Source of the DNA: Lachnospiraceae bacterium
Lineage (GTDB): Bacteria; Bacillota; Clostridia; Lachnospirales; Lachnospiraceae
Length of the DNA stretch: 64,000 nt
NCBI GenBank assembly: GCA_017439665.1
Contig: JAFSIS010000074.1
Coordinates: 3,632 to 67,631, forward strand
Direction: 5' to 3'
Of the stretch, positions 38,059-47,406 are shown in pieces (the stretch's first letter is position 1; the number at the start of each line of letters is the position of its first letter). Below the pieces are notes generated by a model, which was not told the DNA's origin, ran no database searches, and saw only the letters and a program-made list of their open reading frames with translations. The position numbers and the translations under genes are program-made.

Positions 38059-38336
38059 CTTCTTCAGTTGACTTTAAGTTTAGTTTTGTGAAACAAAAAA
38101 ATTAGAAATTCTAAACTCTTCCAACTAATCATTATAGTATCTGTGGAGAGGAAGTCAAGTATAATCAAGAAAAAAATTTACTTTTATTAAACATACCATG
38201 GAAAACCGGATAAGATCATTTCTTTCTCTCAGAAGCAAGGCTTGCGGTAGACCGAAGAAATATGGTAAACTTTTTATGATCCTTAGTTTTCCTCAGGGAA
38301 TGGGTTCAGAGCTTTTCAGCAGAAGGGGTGAAGAAA

Positions 38337-39392
38337 ATGGGACAGGATAAATATGTTGCCTATGTATCTACCTATACAATGGGAGATAATCATGGAATTA
38401 AGATTTTTGATGTGGATATGGAAAATGGAAGATTAAAACAAAAAGACCATGTGGAGATCACCAACTCCTCCTATGCAACCGTATCCCACAATGGCAAATA
38501 TTTGTATTCAATTACCGATCTGGGTGTAGAAGCCTATCGAATTGAAGATGACGGCAGCCTGGCAGGGATTAACCGGGGCAACATTAATGGGATGAGAGGC
38601 TGTTATCTCTCAGCTGATTATGAAGATAAGCTGCTTTTTGTAGCAGGTTATCATGATGGGAAGATAACGGTTCTTCGTCTGCGGGAGGATGGAGGAGTAG
38701 GAGAAATCACTGATGAGATCTATCACAAGGGACTGGGAAGTATTGTTGAACGAAATTACCGTCCCCATATCAACTGTGTGAAAATGACCATGGATAATAA
38801 ATATCTTTGTGCTGCTGATCTGGGAATGGACCATGTTAATGTCTATCGCGTTGACCACCATACAGGAAAGCTGAAGATGGCAGATATTATCCGAAGTGAG
38901 CAGGCTTCGGCACCCCGGCATTTGAAATTTTCCAGGGATGGACGATTCCTTTATATCGTTCATGAACTGAAAAATTATGTGGATGTTTATACCTATGAAG
39001 AGATCAACAATAATCCGGAATTTGAAAAAATCCAGACGATTTCTACTTTAAATGAGTACCATGCTTCTACCAGTGCCGCCAGTGCCCTGAATCTATCTAT
39101 GGATATGAAGTATCTGTTAAGCTCCAATGCAGGAGACAACAGTGTTATCCTTTATCGCATCAATGAAGAAACAGGGCTTCTGACCAAGCTGTTCTGCCTG
39201 CCGGTAAGCGGAGACTACCCAAAGGATGCGGCTCTTTTCCCGGATAACAGGCATCTGGTTTCTCTGAATCATGATTCCGGAACCATGACTTTTTTTACAG
39301 TGGATCTGAAAAAGGGACTTATCGTAATGAACGGAAAAAGAATGGAGATAGACAGACCTAACTGTATTATTTTCCATAAAATAAAGAAATAG
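38337..39392 (+). CDS. lactonase, 7-bladed beta-propeller family (6-phosphogluconolactonase-like)
   Basis: About 350 aa with the repeating beta-propeller pattern typical of the Pgl/cycloisomerase-2 family (YVSTYT..., GSLAG, PRHLKFSRDGRFLY). An upstream GTG at 38328 is an alternative start. Confidence 0.75.
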   Translation: MGQDKYVAYVSTYTMGDNHGIKIFDVDMENGRLKQKDHVEITNSSYATVSHNGKYLYSITDLGVEAYRIEDDGSLAGINRGNINGMRGCYLSADYEDKLLFVAGYHDGKITVLRLREDGGVGEITDEIYHKGLGSIVERNYRPHINCVKMTMDNKYLCAADLGMDHVNVYRVDHHTGKLKMADIIRSEQASAPRHLKFSRDGRFLYIVHELKNYVDVYTYEEINNNPEFEKIQTISTLNEYHASTSAASALNLSMDMKYLLSSNAGDNSVILYRINEETGLLTKLFCLPVSGDYPKDAALFPDNRHLVSLNHDSGTMTFFTVDLKKGLIVMNGKRMEIDRPNCIIFHKIKK

Positions 39393-39430
39393 AAAAGGCT
39401 GTGGCAAAAATTTTGCCACAGCCTTATTTC
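39393..39430. terminator. bidirectional terminator between the lactonase gene and aroC
   Basis: AAGGCTGTGGCAAAA/TTTTGCCACAGCCTT perfect palindromic hairpin. Confidence 0.75.
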
Positions 39431-40524
39431 TGATAAAAATCAATAATAGAATCCATTCTGGCCGTCATGTTAAGAAGCAGGGCATCCATAAGAGTGATGG
39501 CTGTCATGGCTTCTACCACCACAATAGCTCTGGGGACGATTACAGGATCGTGTCTGCCTTTGATATTAATGGTTACTTCCTCCTTATCCCGGGTTACGGT
39601 CTGTTGGGGAGAGAAGATGGAAGGGGTAGGTTTAATGTAGGCCCGCAGGATCAGAGGAGAGCCATCGCTCATCCCTCCCAGGGTGCCTCCGGAGTGGTTG
39701 GTCCGTTTGGTGATCTTTCCCTCCTGAAGAGAAAAGCCATCGTTATTCTGTGAGCCGGTGCGTCCTGCAGCCTGTATGCCTTCACCTACCTCAAAGGCCT
39801 TTACCGCACCCATGGATACCAGAGCCTTGGCCAGATTAGCATCCAGCTTCTCAAAAACAGGATCTCCCAGTCCCACGGGAAGTCCTTCCACCCGGCATTC
39901 CACGATGCCGCCTGCGGAGTCCATATTGGCCATACAGGTTTTCAGATATTCCTCGGCTTCGGCATTCAGACCATCATGGGGGATTCCCGTGGGAGTCATG
40001 CCCAAAAGGGAAGGAGTAAAGTCTTCATCCTTTAAGCTGACCGGTCCCAGAGCACGGGTAAAGGTGGTGAAGGAAATTCCTAATCGATTGAGAAAAAGGA
40101 TGGCTACGGCACCGGCAGCAACCCTCCCTATGGTTTCTCTTCCGGAAGAACGCCCACCTCCCCGATAGTCCCGAAACCCATATTTGCTGTCAAAGGTAAA
40201 ATCTGCATGTCCGGGCCGGTAACAGGAGGCAATCTGGCTGTAATCATGGGAACGCTGGGAAGTATTTTCTACCATCATGGAGATAGGGGTTCCTGTTGTT
40301 TTTCCCTCGAAAACACCGGAAAGAATTTTTACCCGGTCAGCCTCATTACGCTTGGTTGCATAATCGGTCTGTCCGGGCTTTCGTCTGTCCATAAAGGGCT
40401 GAATCAACTCTTCACTCAAAGGCAGTCCGGCGGGGCAGCCATCGATCACGACACCCACAGCTTCACCGTGAGACTCCCCCCAGGTGGTGATTTTAAAAAT
40501 TGTTCCGATTGATGAGCCGGCCAT
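39424..40524 (-). CDS. aroC: chorismate synthase
   Basis: ATG 40524 follows AATGGAGGAAAATT. GTIFKITTWGESHG, RPGHADF, GGGRSSGRET motifs. The upstream 46 codons in the ORF track are non-homologous. Confidence 0.93.
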   Translation of the reverse strand: MAGSSIGTIFKITTWGESHGEAVGVVIDGCPAGLPLSEELIQPFMDRRKPGQTDYATKRNEADRVKILSGVFEGKTTGTPISMMVENTSQRSHDYSQIASCYRPGHADFTFDSKYGFRDYRGGGRSSGRETIGRVAAGAVAILFLNRLGISFTTFTRALGPVSLKDEDFTPSLLGMTPTGIPHDGLNAEAEEYLKTCMANMDSAGGIVECRVEGLPVGLGDPVFEKLDANLAKALVSMGAVKAFEVGEGIQAAGRTGSQNNDGFSLQEGKITKRTNHSGGTLGGMSDGSPLILRAYIKPTPSIFSPQQTVTRDKEEVTINIKGRHDPVIVPRAIVVVEAMTAITLMDALLLNMTARMDSIIDFYQK

Positions 40525-40716
40525 AATTTTCCTCCATTTTATTACAAAAATATTACAAAGAATAAATTCTATGTGAATTCTGACCATCAGTATACAAAGA
40601 GTAGAAAAAAATTTCAAGTTTTGGAGGGAAATTAATGGATTTTCGAAAAAAAAGCTGTACAAAAAAATGTTCTATGATATGATAACAGTGAAAACAAAGG
40701 ATAGCACGGTGATAAG

Positions 40717-41751
40717 ATGAAACAAACGTGGAGAGAAGTACAGATATCCAAATGCATCAGGTGTGGTGTTAAACATAAATGGCTTAAGGTGCCTATGCTG
40801 GCAGAGATTATTCTGATCATCTGCGCAGAGCGTATAGTACGTTATTTAAATGGAAATAAAAAACGATTTGTGGGAGCCGGACTGACGGTTCTGGTTTTTC
40901 TGGTCAGCAACAGTTTTTCTACCCCCGTATTTCAAAGCGGGATGGCAGAGACGGTTACAGTTCTTGAAGAAGGGGGTGTGGAGCCGGTTTCCCTGGCTCA
41001 GGCACTGCCTGAATCAACAGAAGAGGAAATCCGGGAAGAGTTGTTTTATGAGGAAGATGAGATCGGCGAGCATGATGCCATCGATGATCAGTATTCCGTT
41101 GATGAGATCCTAAACAGTTCTGTTAGTCATGAACTTATGGATCAGTACACTCAGGGGGAGACCGAAAAAACAGAATTTTCAAAGGATGACTGGAATCTGA
41201 TTTTGGTCAATAAGCAGCATCCCGTTCCGGAAGGGTATACTTTTGAACTGGGAACTATTGCTGCCAGTATGAAATGTGATGCCAGAATCATTCCGGAGCT
41301 TTTTGCCATGCTGAAGGCAGCCAGAGCAGACGGGATCAATCTGATCATCTGTTCACCTTATCGGGATATTTCCCGTCAGACCGTACTCTTTAACCGGAAG
41401 ATCCAGCTTCATATGGGGCGGGGAGAGACCTATATGGATGCCTATAAAAAGGCTTCTCAGATCGTGACTGTACCGGGAGCCAGTGAGCATCAGGTGGGTC
41501 TGGCCCTGGATATTATCTGTGATACCTATACCATTCTGGACGAGGGCTTTGGAGAGACTCAGGCAGGTAAATGGCTGCAGCAGCACAGCAAGGAATACGG
41601 TTTTATCCTGCGTTATCCTGAAGGAAAGGAAGATATCACCGGAATCGATTATGAACCCTGGCATTTCAGGTATGTGGGTAAGGATGCGGCTACCATTATC
41701 ATGGATAACGGATTGACATTAGAGGAATTTGTGGAAAGTATTTCCGAATAG
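40717..41751 (+). CDS. D-alanyl-D-alanine carboxypeptidase, VanY/M15B family, membrane-anchored
   Basis: TM segment, then an M15B core (SPYRDISRQ, GASEHQVGLALD, EPWHFRYVG). The start is uncertain; an alternative ATG is at 40795. Confidence 0.85.
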   Translation: MKQTWREVQISKCIRCGVKHKWLKVPMLAEIILIICAERIVRYLNGNKKRFVGAGLTVLVFLVSNSFSTPVFQSGMAETVTVLEEGGVEPVSLAQALPESTEEEIREELFYEEDEIGEHDAIDDQYSVDEILNSSVSHELMDQYTQGETEKTEFSKDDWNLILVNKQHPVPEGYTFELGTIAASMKCDARIIPELFAMLKAARADGINLIICSPYRDISRQTVLFNRKIQLHMGRGETYMDAYKKASQIVTVPGASEHQVGLALDIICDTYTILDEGFGETQAGKWLQQHSKEYGFILRYPEGKEDITGIDYEPWHFRYVGKDAATIIMDNGLTLEEFVESISE

Positions 41752-41837
41752 GAAATACTTTTCCTTATGTAAGGGGATGGCCAAAAGGGCTGAAGGTATA
41801 AAGGTAAAGAAAAGAAAAACAGAAAAGGTGAAAAAGA

Positions 41838-42968
41838 GTGTATAAAGTATTAAAGCAGGAAGGAAGAGCCAAACGGGGAGAATTGGAAACGGTACATGGA
41901 ACCATCCAGACTCCGGTATTTATGAATGTAGGAACGGTGGCGGCCATTAAGGGTGCCGTTTCTACCCAGGATTTGAAAGAGATACATTGTCAGGTGGAAT
42001 TGTCCAACACCTATCATCTCCATGTAAGGACAGGTGACACAGTGATTAAGGAGCTGGGGGGCTTACAACGTTTTATGAACTGGGACAGACCGATCCTTAC
42101 CGATTCCGGTGGGTTCCAGGTGTTTTCCCTGGCAGGACTTCGCAAGATCAAGGAGGAGGGAGTATACTTCAGCTCTCACATTGATGGAAGAAAGATCTTT
42201 ATGGGACCTGAAGAGAGTATGGAGATTCAGTCCAATCTGGCTTCCACCATTGCCATGGCTTTTGATGAGTGTCCGCCGGCAAAAGCGGAAAGAGAGTACG
42301 TTCTTCCTTCTGTAGAGCGGACTACCCGATGGCTGGAGAGATGTAAGATAAAGATGAGGGAGCTGAACGACCGGGAGGATACCATTAACAAAAAGCAGCT
42401 GCTTTTTGGGATCAATCAGGGAGCGGTTTATGCGGATATCCGTATCGAGCATGCCAAACGAATCCGGGAAATGGAGCTGGACGGCTATGCTGTGGGAGGA
42501 CTGGCAGTGGGAGAAACTCATGAGGAAATGTACCATATCCTGGAGGAGACCGTGCCCTATCTGCCGGTAGACAAGCCCACCTATTTAATGGGAGTGGGAA
42601 CCCCGGCCAATATTCTGGAGGGGGTAGAGAGGGGAATAGACTTTTTTGACTGCGTGTATCCCGGTAGAAACGGACGCCATGGTCATGTCTATACCAATCA
42701 GGGAAAGATCAATCTGTTTAATGCAAAATATGAAAAAGATATGGGACCCATTGAAGAAGGCTGTGGCTGCCCGGCCTGCCGCAGTTATTCCCGGGCATAC
42801 ATTCGTCATTTGTTGAAGGCTAAGGAAATGCTGGGAATGCGGCTTTGCGTACTTCATAATCTGTATTTTTATAACACCATGATGGAGGAGATCCGTTCTG
42901 CTCTGGATGAAGGCCGGTTTGCCGAGTATAAAAAGAGGAAATTGGCAGGAATGGCAGAAAAAACTTGA
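41838..42968 (+). CDS. tgt: tRNA-guanosine(34) transglycosylase
   Basis: GTG start. TPVFMNVGT, LTDSGGFQV, GLAVGE, and Zn site CGCPACRSYSRAYIRHL. Confidence 0.94.
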   Translation: MYKVLKQEGRAKRGELETVHGTIQTPVFMNVGTVAAIKGAVSTQDLKEIHCQVELSNTYHLHVRTGDTVIKELGGLQRFMNWDRPILTDSGGFQVFSLAGLRKIKEEGVYFSSHIDGRKIFMGPEESMEIQSNLASTIAMAFDECPPAKAEREYVLPSVERTTRWLERCKIKMRELNDREDTINKKQLLFGINQGAVYADIRIEHAKRIREMELDGYAVGGLAVGETHEEMYHILEETVPYLPVDKPTYLMGVGTPANILEGVERGIDFFDCVYPGRNGRHGHVYTNQGKINLFNAKYEKDMGPIEEGCGCPACRSYSRAYIRHLLKAKEMLGMRLCVLHNLYFYNTMMEEIRSALDEGRFAEYKKRKLAGMAEKT

Positions 42969-43032
42969 AGCTGGCTCCATTTTTGTGTATGATAGTTAAG
43001 AATGTTTTCGGATAAACAAGGAGGAAGAAGTA

Positions 43033-43338
43033 ATGGGTATTTTATTAAGTGACAGTTCTGTTTTAGGTAGTGGTACATTCTGGATCGTGTATATCATCAT
43101 CATTTTTGGTTTTCTCTATATTGTTTCTGTTCGTCCGCAGAAGAAGGAGCAGAAACGTGTGGGCGCCATGCTGGCAAATATGGAAATTGGTGACAGTGTG
43201 CTGACCAGCAGCGGTTTTTATGGTGTATTGATCGATATTTCTGATGATACGGTTATCGTGGAGTTTGGAAGCAATAAAAACTGCCGTATTCCCATGCAGA
43301 AATCTGCTATTGTACAGGTGGAAAAGGCTGGAGAATAA
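43033..43338 (+). CDS. yajC: preprotein translocase subunit YajC
   Basis: 101 aa with one TM helix, then RPQKKEQKR...GDSVLTSSGFYGVLIDISDDTVIVEF, typical of YajC. Follows tgt as in many Firmicutes. Confidence 0.88.
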   Translation: MGILLSDSSVLGSGTFWIVYIIIIFGFLYIVSVRPQKKEQKRVGAMLANMEIGDSVLTSSGFYGVLIDISDDTVIVEFGSNKNCRIPMQKSAIVQVEKAGE

Positions 43339-43347
43339 GGGGATGAT

Positions 43348-43602
43348 ATGGAAAAGACGGAAGCGGTAAGCAGGCTGAAAAAAGCCGGATACCAGGTTCA
43401 GTTCGATTCTTCTATCGTCACTGTGCTGCTGCCCGTGACGGCCAATAGGAATCAGGAATTAAAAAAGCTGCGGGCTTTCTTACAGGATATCGGTTATGAT
43501 GCCAGTTTTGGAATTCGTCAGGTGAAGGAGGTATCTTCTGATGAGGAGGAGCCTTTAGAAGCAGGAGAACAAATTTCTTTGGAGGATTTCGGAATCAAGT
43601 GA
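43348..43602 (+). CDS. hypothetical protein (84 aa)
   Basis: ORF 9 nt after yajC with RBS AAGGGGATGAT. No recognisable motif. A terminator lies downstream. Confidence 0.5.
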   Translation: MEKTEAVSRLKKAGYQVQFDSSIVTVLLPVTANRNQELKKLRAFLQDIGYDASFGIRQVKEVSSDEEEPLEAGEQISLEDFGIK

Positions 43603-43625
43603 AAGGAATTGCCCAAGGATTACAG

Positions 43626-43673
43626 AAAAGCTGCTGCCGGAGCATAACATATGCTCAAGGCAACAGCTTTTTG
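43626..43673. terminator. terminator between the yajC-cluster and the HAD hydrolase gene
   Basis: AAAAGCTGCTGCC/GGCAACAGCTTTT stem (one mismatch) followed by T residues. Confidence 0.55.
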
Positions 43674-43708
43674 GCTTTGGTGGAATATGATGTTTATTTA
43701 CTCATCTA

Positions 43709-44353
43709 TTACAGCCGCTCTATTATTTCCCGGGGAGAAGAAAGGATGATCTCTGCTCCCTGTGCTTTCAGCTGAGAAGCCGTTCTGAATCCCCAGTCTA
43801 CATAAAAAGCGTCTATTCCGGTATTTACAGCAGTGGCAATATCTACCTCGGAATCACCGATGTAAAGAGCCTTTTCTTTAGAAATACCAAGTTTGTTCAA
43901 CACCAGATTTATGGGTGCAGGATCAGGCTTGGGCGGGATTTCCTTTCTCTGGCCCAAAACAAAATCAAAAAGGCCGGGGAAGTAGTCTTGGCAGAGCTTT
44001 TTTGCTTCAGTATCAGCCTTATTGGATACGACAGCTGTTTGACAGCCTTTCTGGCGTATGTCGCAGATGACTTCCAAAATTCCTTCATAGGGTCTGGTAT
44101 GATCTGCACAGTGCAGCCTGTAGTGGCTTATAAAATCCCGATAGACCTGTTCGAGCTGATCGTCACTGCTGGAATCCGGAACCGACCTTTCCACCAGCTT
44201 TCGGATACCATTTCCTACGAAAGAGCGTACTTCTTCAAGGGAACGGTGAGGAAAGGAAGAGAGGGAGAGAGCATGATTGATGCTGCCGTGAAGGTCTTCC
44301 AGGGTATCTAAAATAGTGCCGTCCAGATCAAAAATAATCAATTTGTACCGCAT
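43709..44353 (-). CDS. HAD-family hydrolase (phosphoglycolate phosphatase-like)
   Basis: DxDGT motif (IIFDLDGTILDT), VSNK, and GDSEVD motif III. Confidence 0.85.
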   Translation of the reverse strand: MRYKLIIFDLDGTILDTLEDLHGSINHALSLSSFPHRSLEEVRSFVGNGIRKLVERSVPDSSSDDQLEQVYRDFISHYRLHCADHTRPYEGILEVICDIRQKGCQTAVVSNKADTEAKKLCQDYFPGLFDFVLGQRKEIPPKPDPAPINLVLNKLGISKEKALYIGDSEVDIATAVNTGIDAFYVDWGFRTASQLKAQGAEIILSSPREIIERL

Positions 44354-44434
44354 TACAAAGCTCCTTTTGGATAATGGTTTGCTACTACTGTAACATATAA
44401 TCAGTAGTTATGACAAACATGAAAGATATATATT

Positions 44435-44462
44435 TTGAAATGGATTAAGAATATGGTATGAT
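44435..44462 (+). promoter_or_regulatory. sigma-A-like promoter upstream of leuB
   Basis: TTGAAA, 16-nt spacer, TGgTATGAT. Confidence 0.45.
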
Positions 44463-44533
44463 AATGAAAATGTATTTATTTCAGAACAATGGAGATAAAA
44501 ATGAGCGTAGAACGCTTTGGAATGGAGGAAAAG

Positions 44534-45615
44534 ATGAAGCTGAATATTTGTTGTATCCCCGGGGATGGAATCGGACCGGAAATCGTGGCAGAGGCCAAAA
44601 AGGTGCTGCTTAGAGTGGCTGAAAAATATGGTCATGAAATGAGTTTTACCGATGTACTCATGGGTGGAGCATCCATTGATGCCTACGGTGTGCCTCTGAC
44701 TGATGAGACCATTGCCGCAGCCAGGGCCTCTGATGCAGTGCTGATGGGTTCCATAGGAGGGGACACCAATACCTCTCCCTGGTATAAGCTGGAACCTCAT
44801 CTGCGTCCTGAAGCAGGTCTCTTAAAAATCAGGAAATCACTGAATCTTTTTGCTAACCTGCGTCCTGCAGTCCTTTATCCCCAGCTGGCGGGGGCCTGCC
44901 CATTGAAGGAAGAGATCAGCGCAAAGGGCTTTGATATGCTGATCATGAGAGAGCTTACCGGTGTCTCTATTTCGGAGAGAGAAAGACAATAGAAGAGAAT
45001 GGGATGCTAAAAGCTATCGATACCCTTACCTACACAGAGGAAGAAATCCGCCGGATCGCCATTAAAGGCTTTGAGATTGCCCGCAAGAGAAGGCAGAAGG
45101 TGACCAGTGTGGATAAGGCTAACGTACTGGATTCTTCCCGCCTTTGGAGGAAGGTGGTAAATGAGGTGGCCACGGATTATCCCGATATTGCTCTTGAGCA
45201 TATGCTGGTAGACAACTGTGCCATGCAGCTGGTGAAGGATCCGGCTCAGTTTGATGTGATCCTTACGGAAAATATGTTTGGGGATATTTTATCGGATGAA
45301 GCAAGTATGGTGACCGGTTCTATCGGTATGCTGGCTTCCGCCAGTTTAAATGACAGTAAATTCGGTCTCTATGAGCCCAGTCATGGTTCTGCACCGGATA
45401 TTGCAGGACAGGATATTGCCAATCCAATTGCCACCATTCTTTCTGCGGCCATGATGCTGAAATTTTCCTTTGATCTGGATGAAGAAGGAAGTGCCGTGGA
45501 AAAGGCAGTGGAAGCCGTTCTGGAGCAGGGCTGGCGTACCGGTGACATTATGAGCGAAGGCTGTCGGCAGGTAGGCTGCTCCCAGATGGGAAGCCTTATC
45601 GCGGATGCGCTCTAA
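44534..45615 (+). pseudogene. leuB: 3-isopropylmalate dehydrogenase interrupted by a 1-nt frameshift (pseudogene or sequencing error)
   Basis: Two adjacent ORFs (ending 44992, restarting 45004) together cover a full LeuB. The first ends RELTG + VSISERERQ*. The frame carrying the second ORF (one base off) reads [21 protein letters not shown] from 44965 onward, restoring the conserved RELTGG(I/L)YFGE if one G is added in GGTG at about 44960-44963. Confidence 0.85.
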
Positions 45616-45697
45616 AACTACAGTTTAGAGTTGAAAAAGGATTGAATTTTAGGGTAAGACTTGATAGACTTAACAACAAAACGGAGGGAAGAGACAC

Positions 45698-47368
45698 ATG
45701 AGAAGTGATTCTGTAAATAAAGGAGCCGGTCAGGCTCCCCACCGCTCACTGTTCAATGCATTGGGCTATACTAAGGAAGAAATGGAGCGGCCGCTGGTAG
45801 GTATCGTCAGCTCCTATAATGAAATCGTACCGGGACATATGAATCTGGATAAGATTGCCGACGCTGTAAAAATGGGTGTGGCAATGGCGGGAGGAACCCC
45901 TATCGTTTTTCCGGCCATCGCTGTTTGTGATGGTATTGCCATGGGCCATTTGGGCATGAAATATTCTTTGGTGACCAGGGATCTGATCGCTGACAGTACA
46001 GAATGTATGGCCATGGCGCACAGTCTGGATGCCCTGGTATGTATTCCTAACTGTGATAAAAACGTACCCGGCCTTCTGATGGCGGCAGCAAGGGTGAATA
46101 TCCCTACCATTTTCGTTTCAGGAGGTCCTATGCTGGCGGGAAAGGTGAAGGGAGCCAAAGCCAGTCTTTCCAGTGTGTTTGAGGCAGTAGGTGCCCAGGC
46201 GGCAGGAAAGATTACCATGGAGGAGCTGGAGGAGTATGAGGAAAAGGCCTGTCCTACCTGTGGTTCCTGTTCAGGTATGTACACAGCCAATTCCATGAAC
46301 TGCCTGACAGAGGTATTGGGAATGGGCTTAAGAGGAAACGGCACCATTCCGGCAGTATATTCGGAAAGGATCCGTCTGGCAAAGCAGGCAGGTATGCAGA
46401 TCATGGAGCTGTTAAAAAGAGATATCCGTCCCCGTGACATTATGACCGAAAAGGCTTTCCATAATGCTCTGGCTGTAGATATGGCTCTTGGCTGCTCAAC
46501 CAATTCCATGCTGCATCTGCCTGCCATCGCCCACGAGGCGGGAGTGGATCTGCATCTGGGTATTGCCAATGAGATTAGTGCAAAAACACCCAATCTCTGC
46601 CATCTGGCTCCTGCGGGACACACTTATATGGAGGATTTGAATGAGGCCGGTGGTGTTTATGCGGTGATGAACGAATTAAACAAGAAAAATCTCCTGTATA
46701 CCGATCTGATCACCTGTACGGGAAAGACGGTAGCAGAAAATATCGAAGGCTGTGTAAATCTGGATCCTGAAGTTATCCGTCCTATTGAGAATCCCTATAG
46801 CGAAGTAGGAGGTATTGCCGTACTCACCGGTAATATCGCACCCGATACCTGTGTGGTTAAGCGTTCTGCTGTAGTAGAGGAAATGCTGGTGCATGAAGGG
46901 CCGGCCAGGGTCTTCGACTGTGAAGAGGATGCTATTGCTGCCATTAAAGGAGGAAAGATCGTCACCGGTGATGTGGTGGTTATCCGCTATGAGGGGCCTA
47001 AAGGTGGTCCCGGTATGCGGGAAATGCTGAATCCTACGTCTGCGATCGCCGGAATGGGATTGGGCTCTAGTGTGGCATTGATCACTGACGGCCGCTTCTC
47101 CGGAGCCTCCAGAGGAGCTTCTATAGGTCACGTTTCTCCGGAAGCAGCAGTAGGAGGTCCCATTGCCCTGATCGAAGAAGGAGACCTGATCAAGATCAAT
47201 ATTCCGGAGAACTCCATTAATGTGGATCTGTCGGATGAAGTACTGGCTGAAAGAAGAGCAAAGTGGCAGCCCAGGGAGCCCAAGGTCAAGACAGGTTATC
47301 TGGCAAGATATACCTCTCTGGTAACCAGTGGAAACCGGGGAGCTGTTCTGGAAATTCCGAAAGGATAA
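45698..47368 (+). CDS. ilvD: dihydroxy-acid dehydratase
   Basis: 556 aa with [15 protein letters not shown] and [17 protein letters not shown] motifs. Confidence 0.95.
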   Translation: MRSDSVNKGAGQAPHRSLFNALGYTKEEMERPLVGIVSSYNEIVPGHMNLDKIADAVKMGVAMAGGTPIVFPAIAVCDGIAMGHLGMKYSLVTRDLIADSTECMAMAHSLDALVCIPNCDKNVPGLLMAAARVNIPTIFVSGGPMLAGKVKGAKASLSSVFEAVGAQAAGKITMEELEEYEEKACPTCGSCSGMYTANSMNCLTEVLGMGLRGNGTIPAVYSERIRLAKQAGMQIMELLKRDIRPRDIMTEKAFHNALAVDMALGCSTNSMLHLPAIAHEAGVDLHLGIANEISAKTPNLCHLAPAGHTYMEDLNEAGGVYAVMNELNKKNLLYTDLITCTGKTVAENIEGCVNLDPEVIRPIENPYSEVGGIAVLTGNIAPDTCVVKRSAVVEEMLVHEGPARVFDCEEDAIAAIKGGKIVTGDVVVIRYEGPKGGPGMREMLNPTSAIAGMGLGSSVALITDGRFSGASRGASIGHVSPEAAVGGPIALIEEGDLIKINIPENSINVDLSDEVLAERRAKWQPREPKVKTGYLARYTSLVTSGNRGAVLEIPKG

Positions 47369-47406
47369 AGAAATAGGCTGTCTATGCAGCAGAATGAGAG
47401 GAAAAC

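Noticed and set aside
40525-40662. 46-codon N-terminal extension of aroC. Similar extensions occur at gltX 23359, serC 50524, nrdD 16039, DUF1015 54781 and the ABC permease 60348.
   Set aside because: The extensions have no homology to the families concerned. Internal ATGs with good RBS coincide with the conserved N-termini.
45814-46623. 269-aa ORF on the minus strand
   Set aside because: Antisense shadow of ilvD. Low-complexity Ala/Pro/Arg-rich translation, no RBS.
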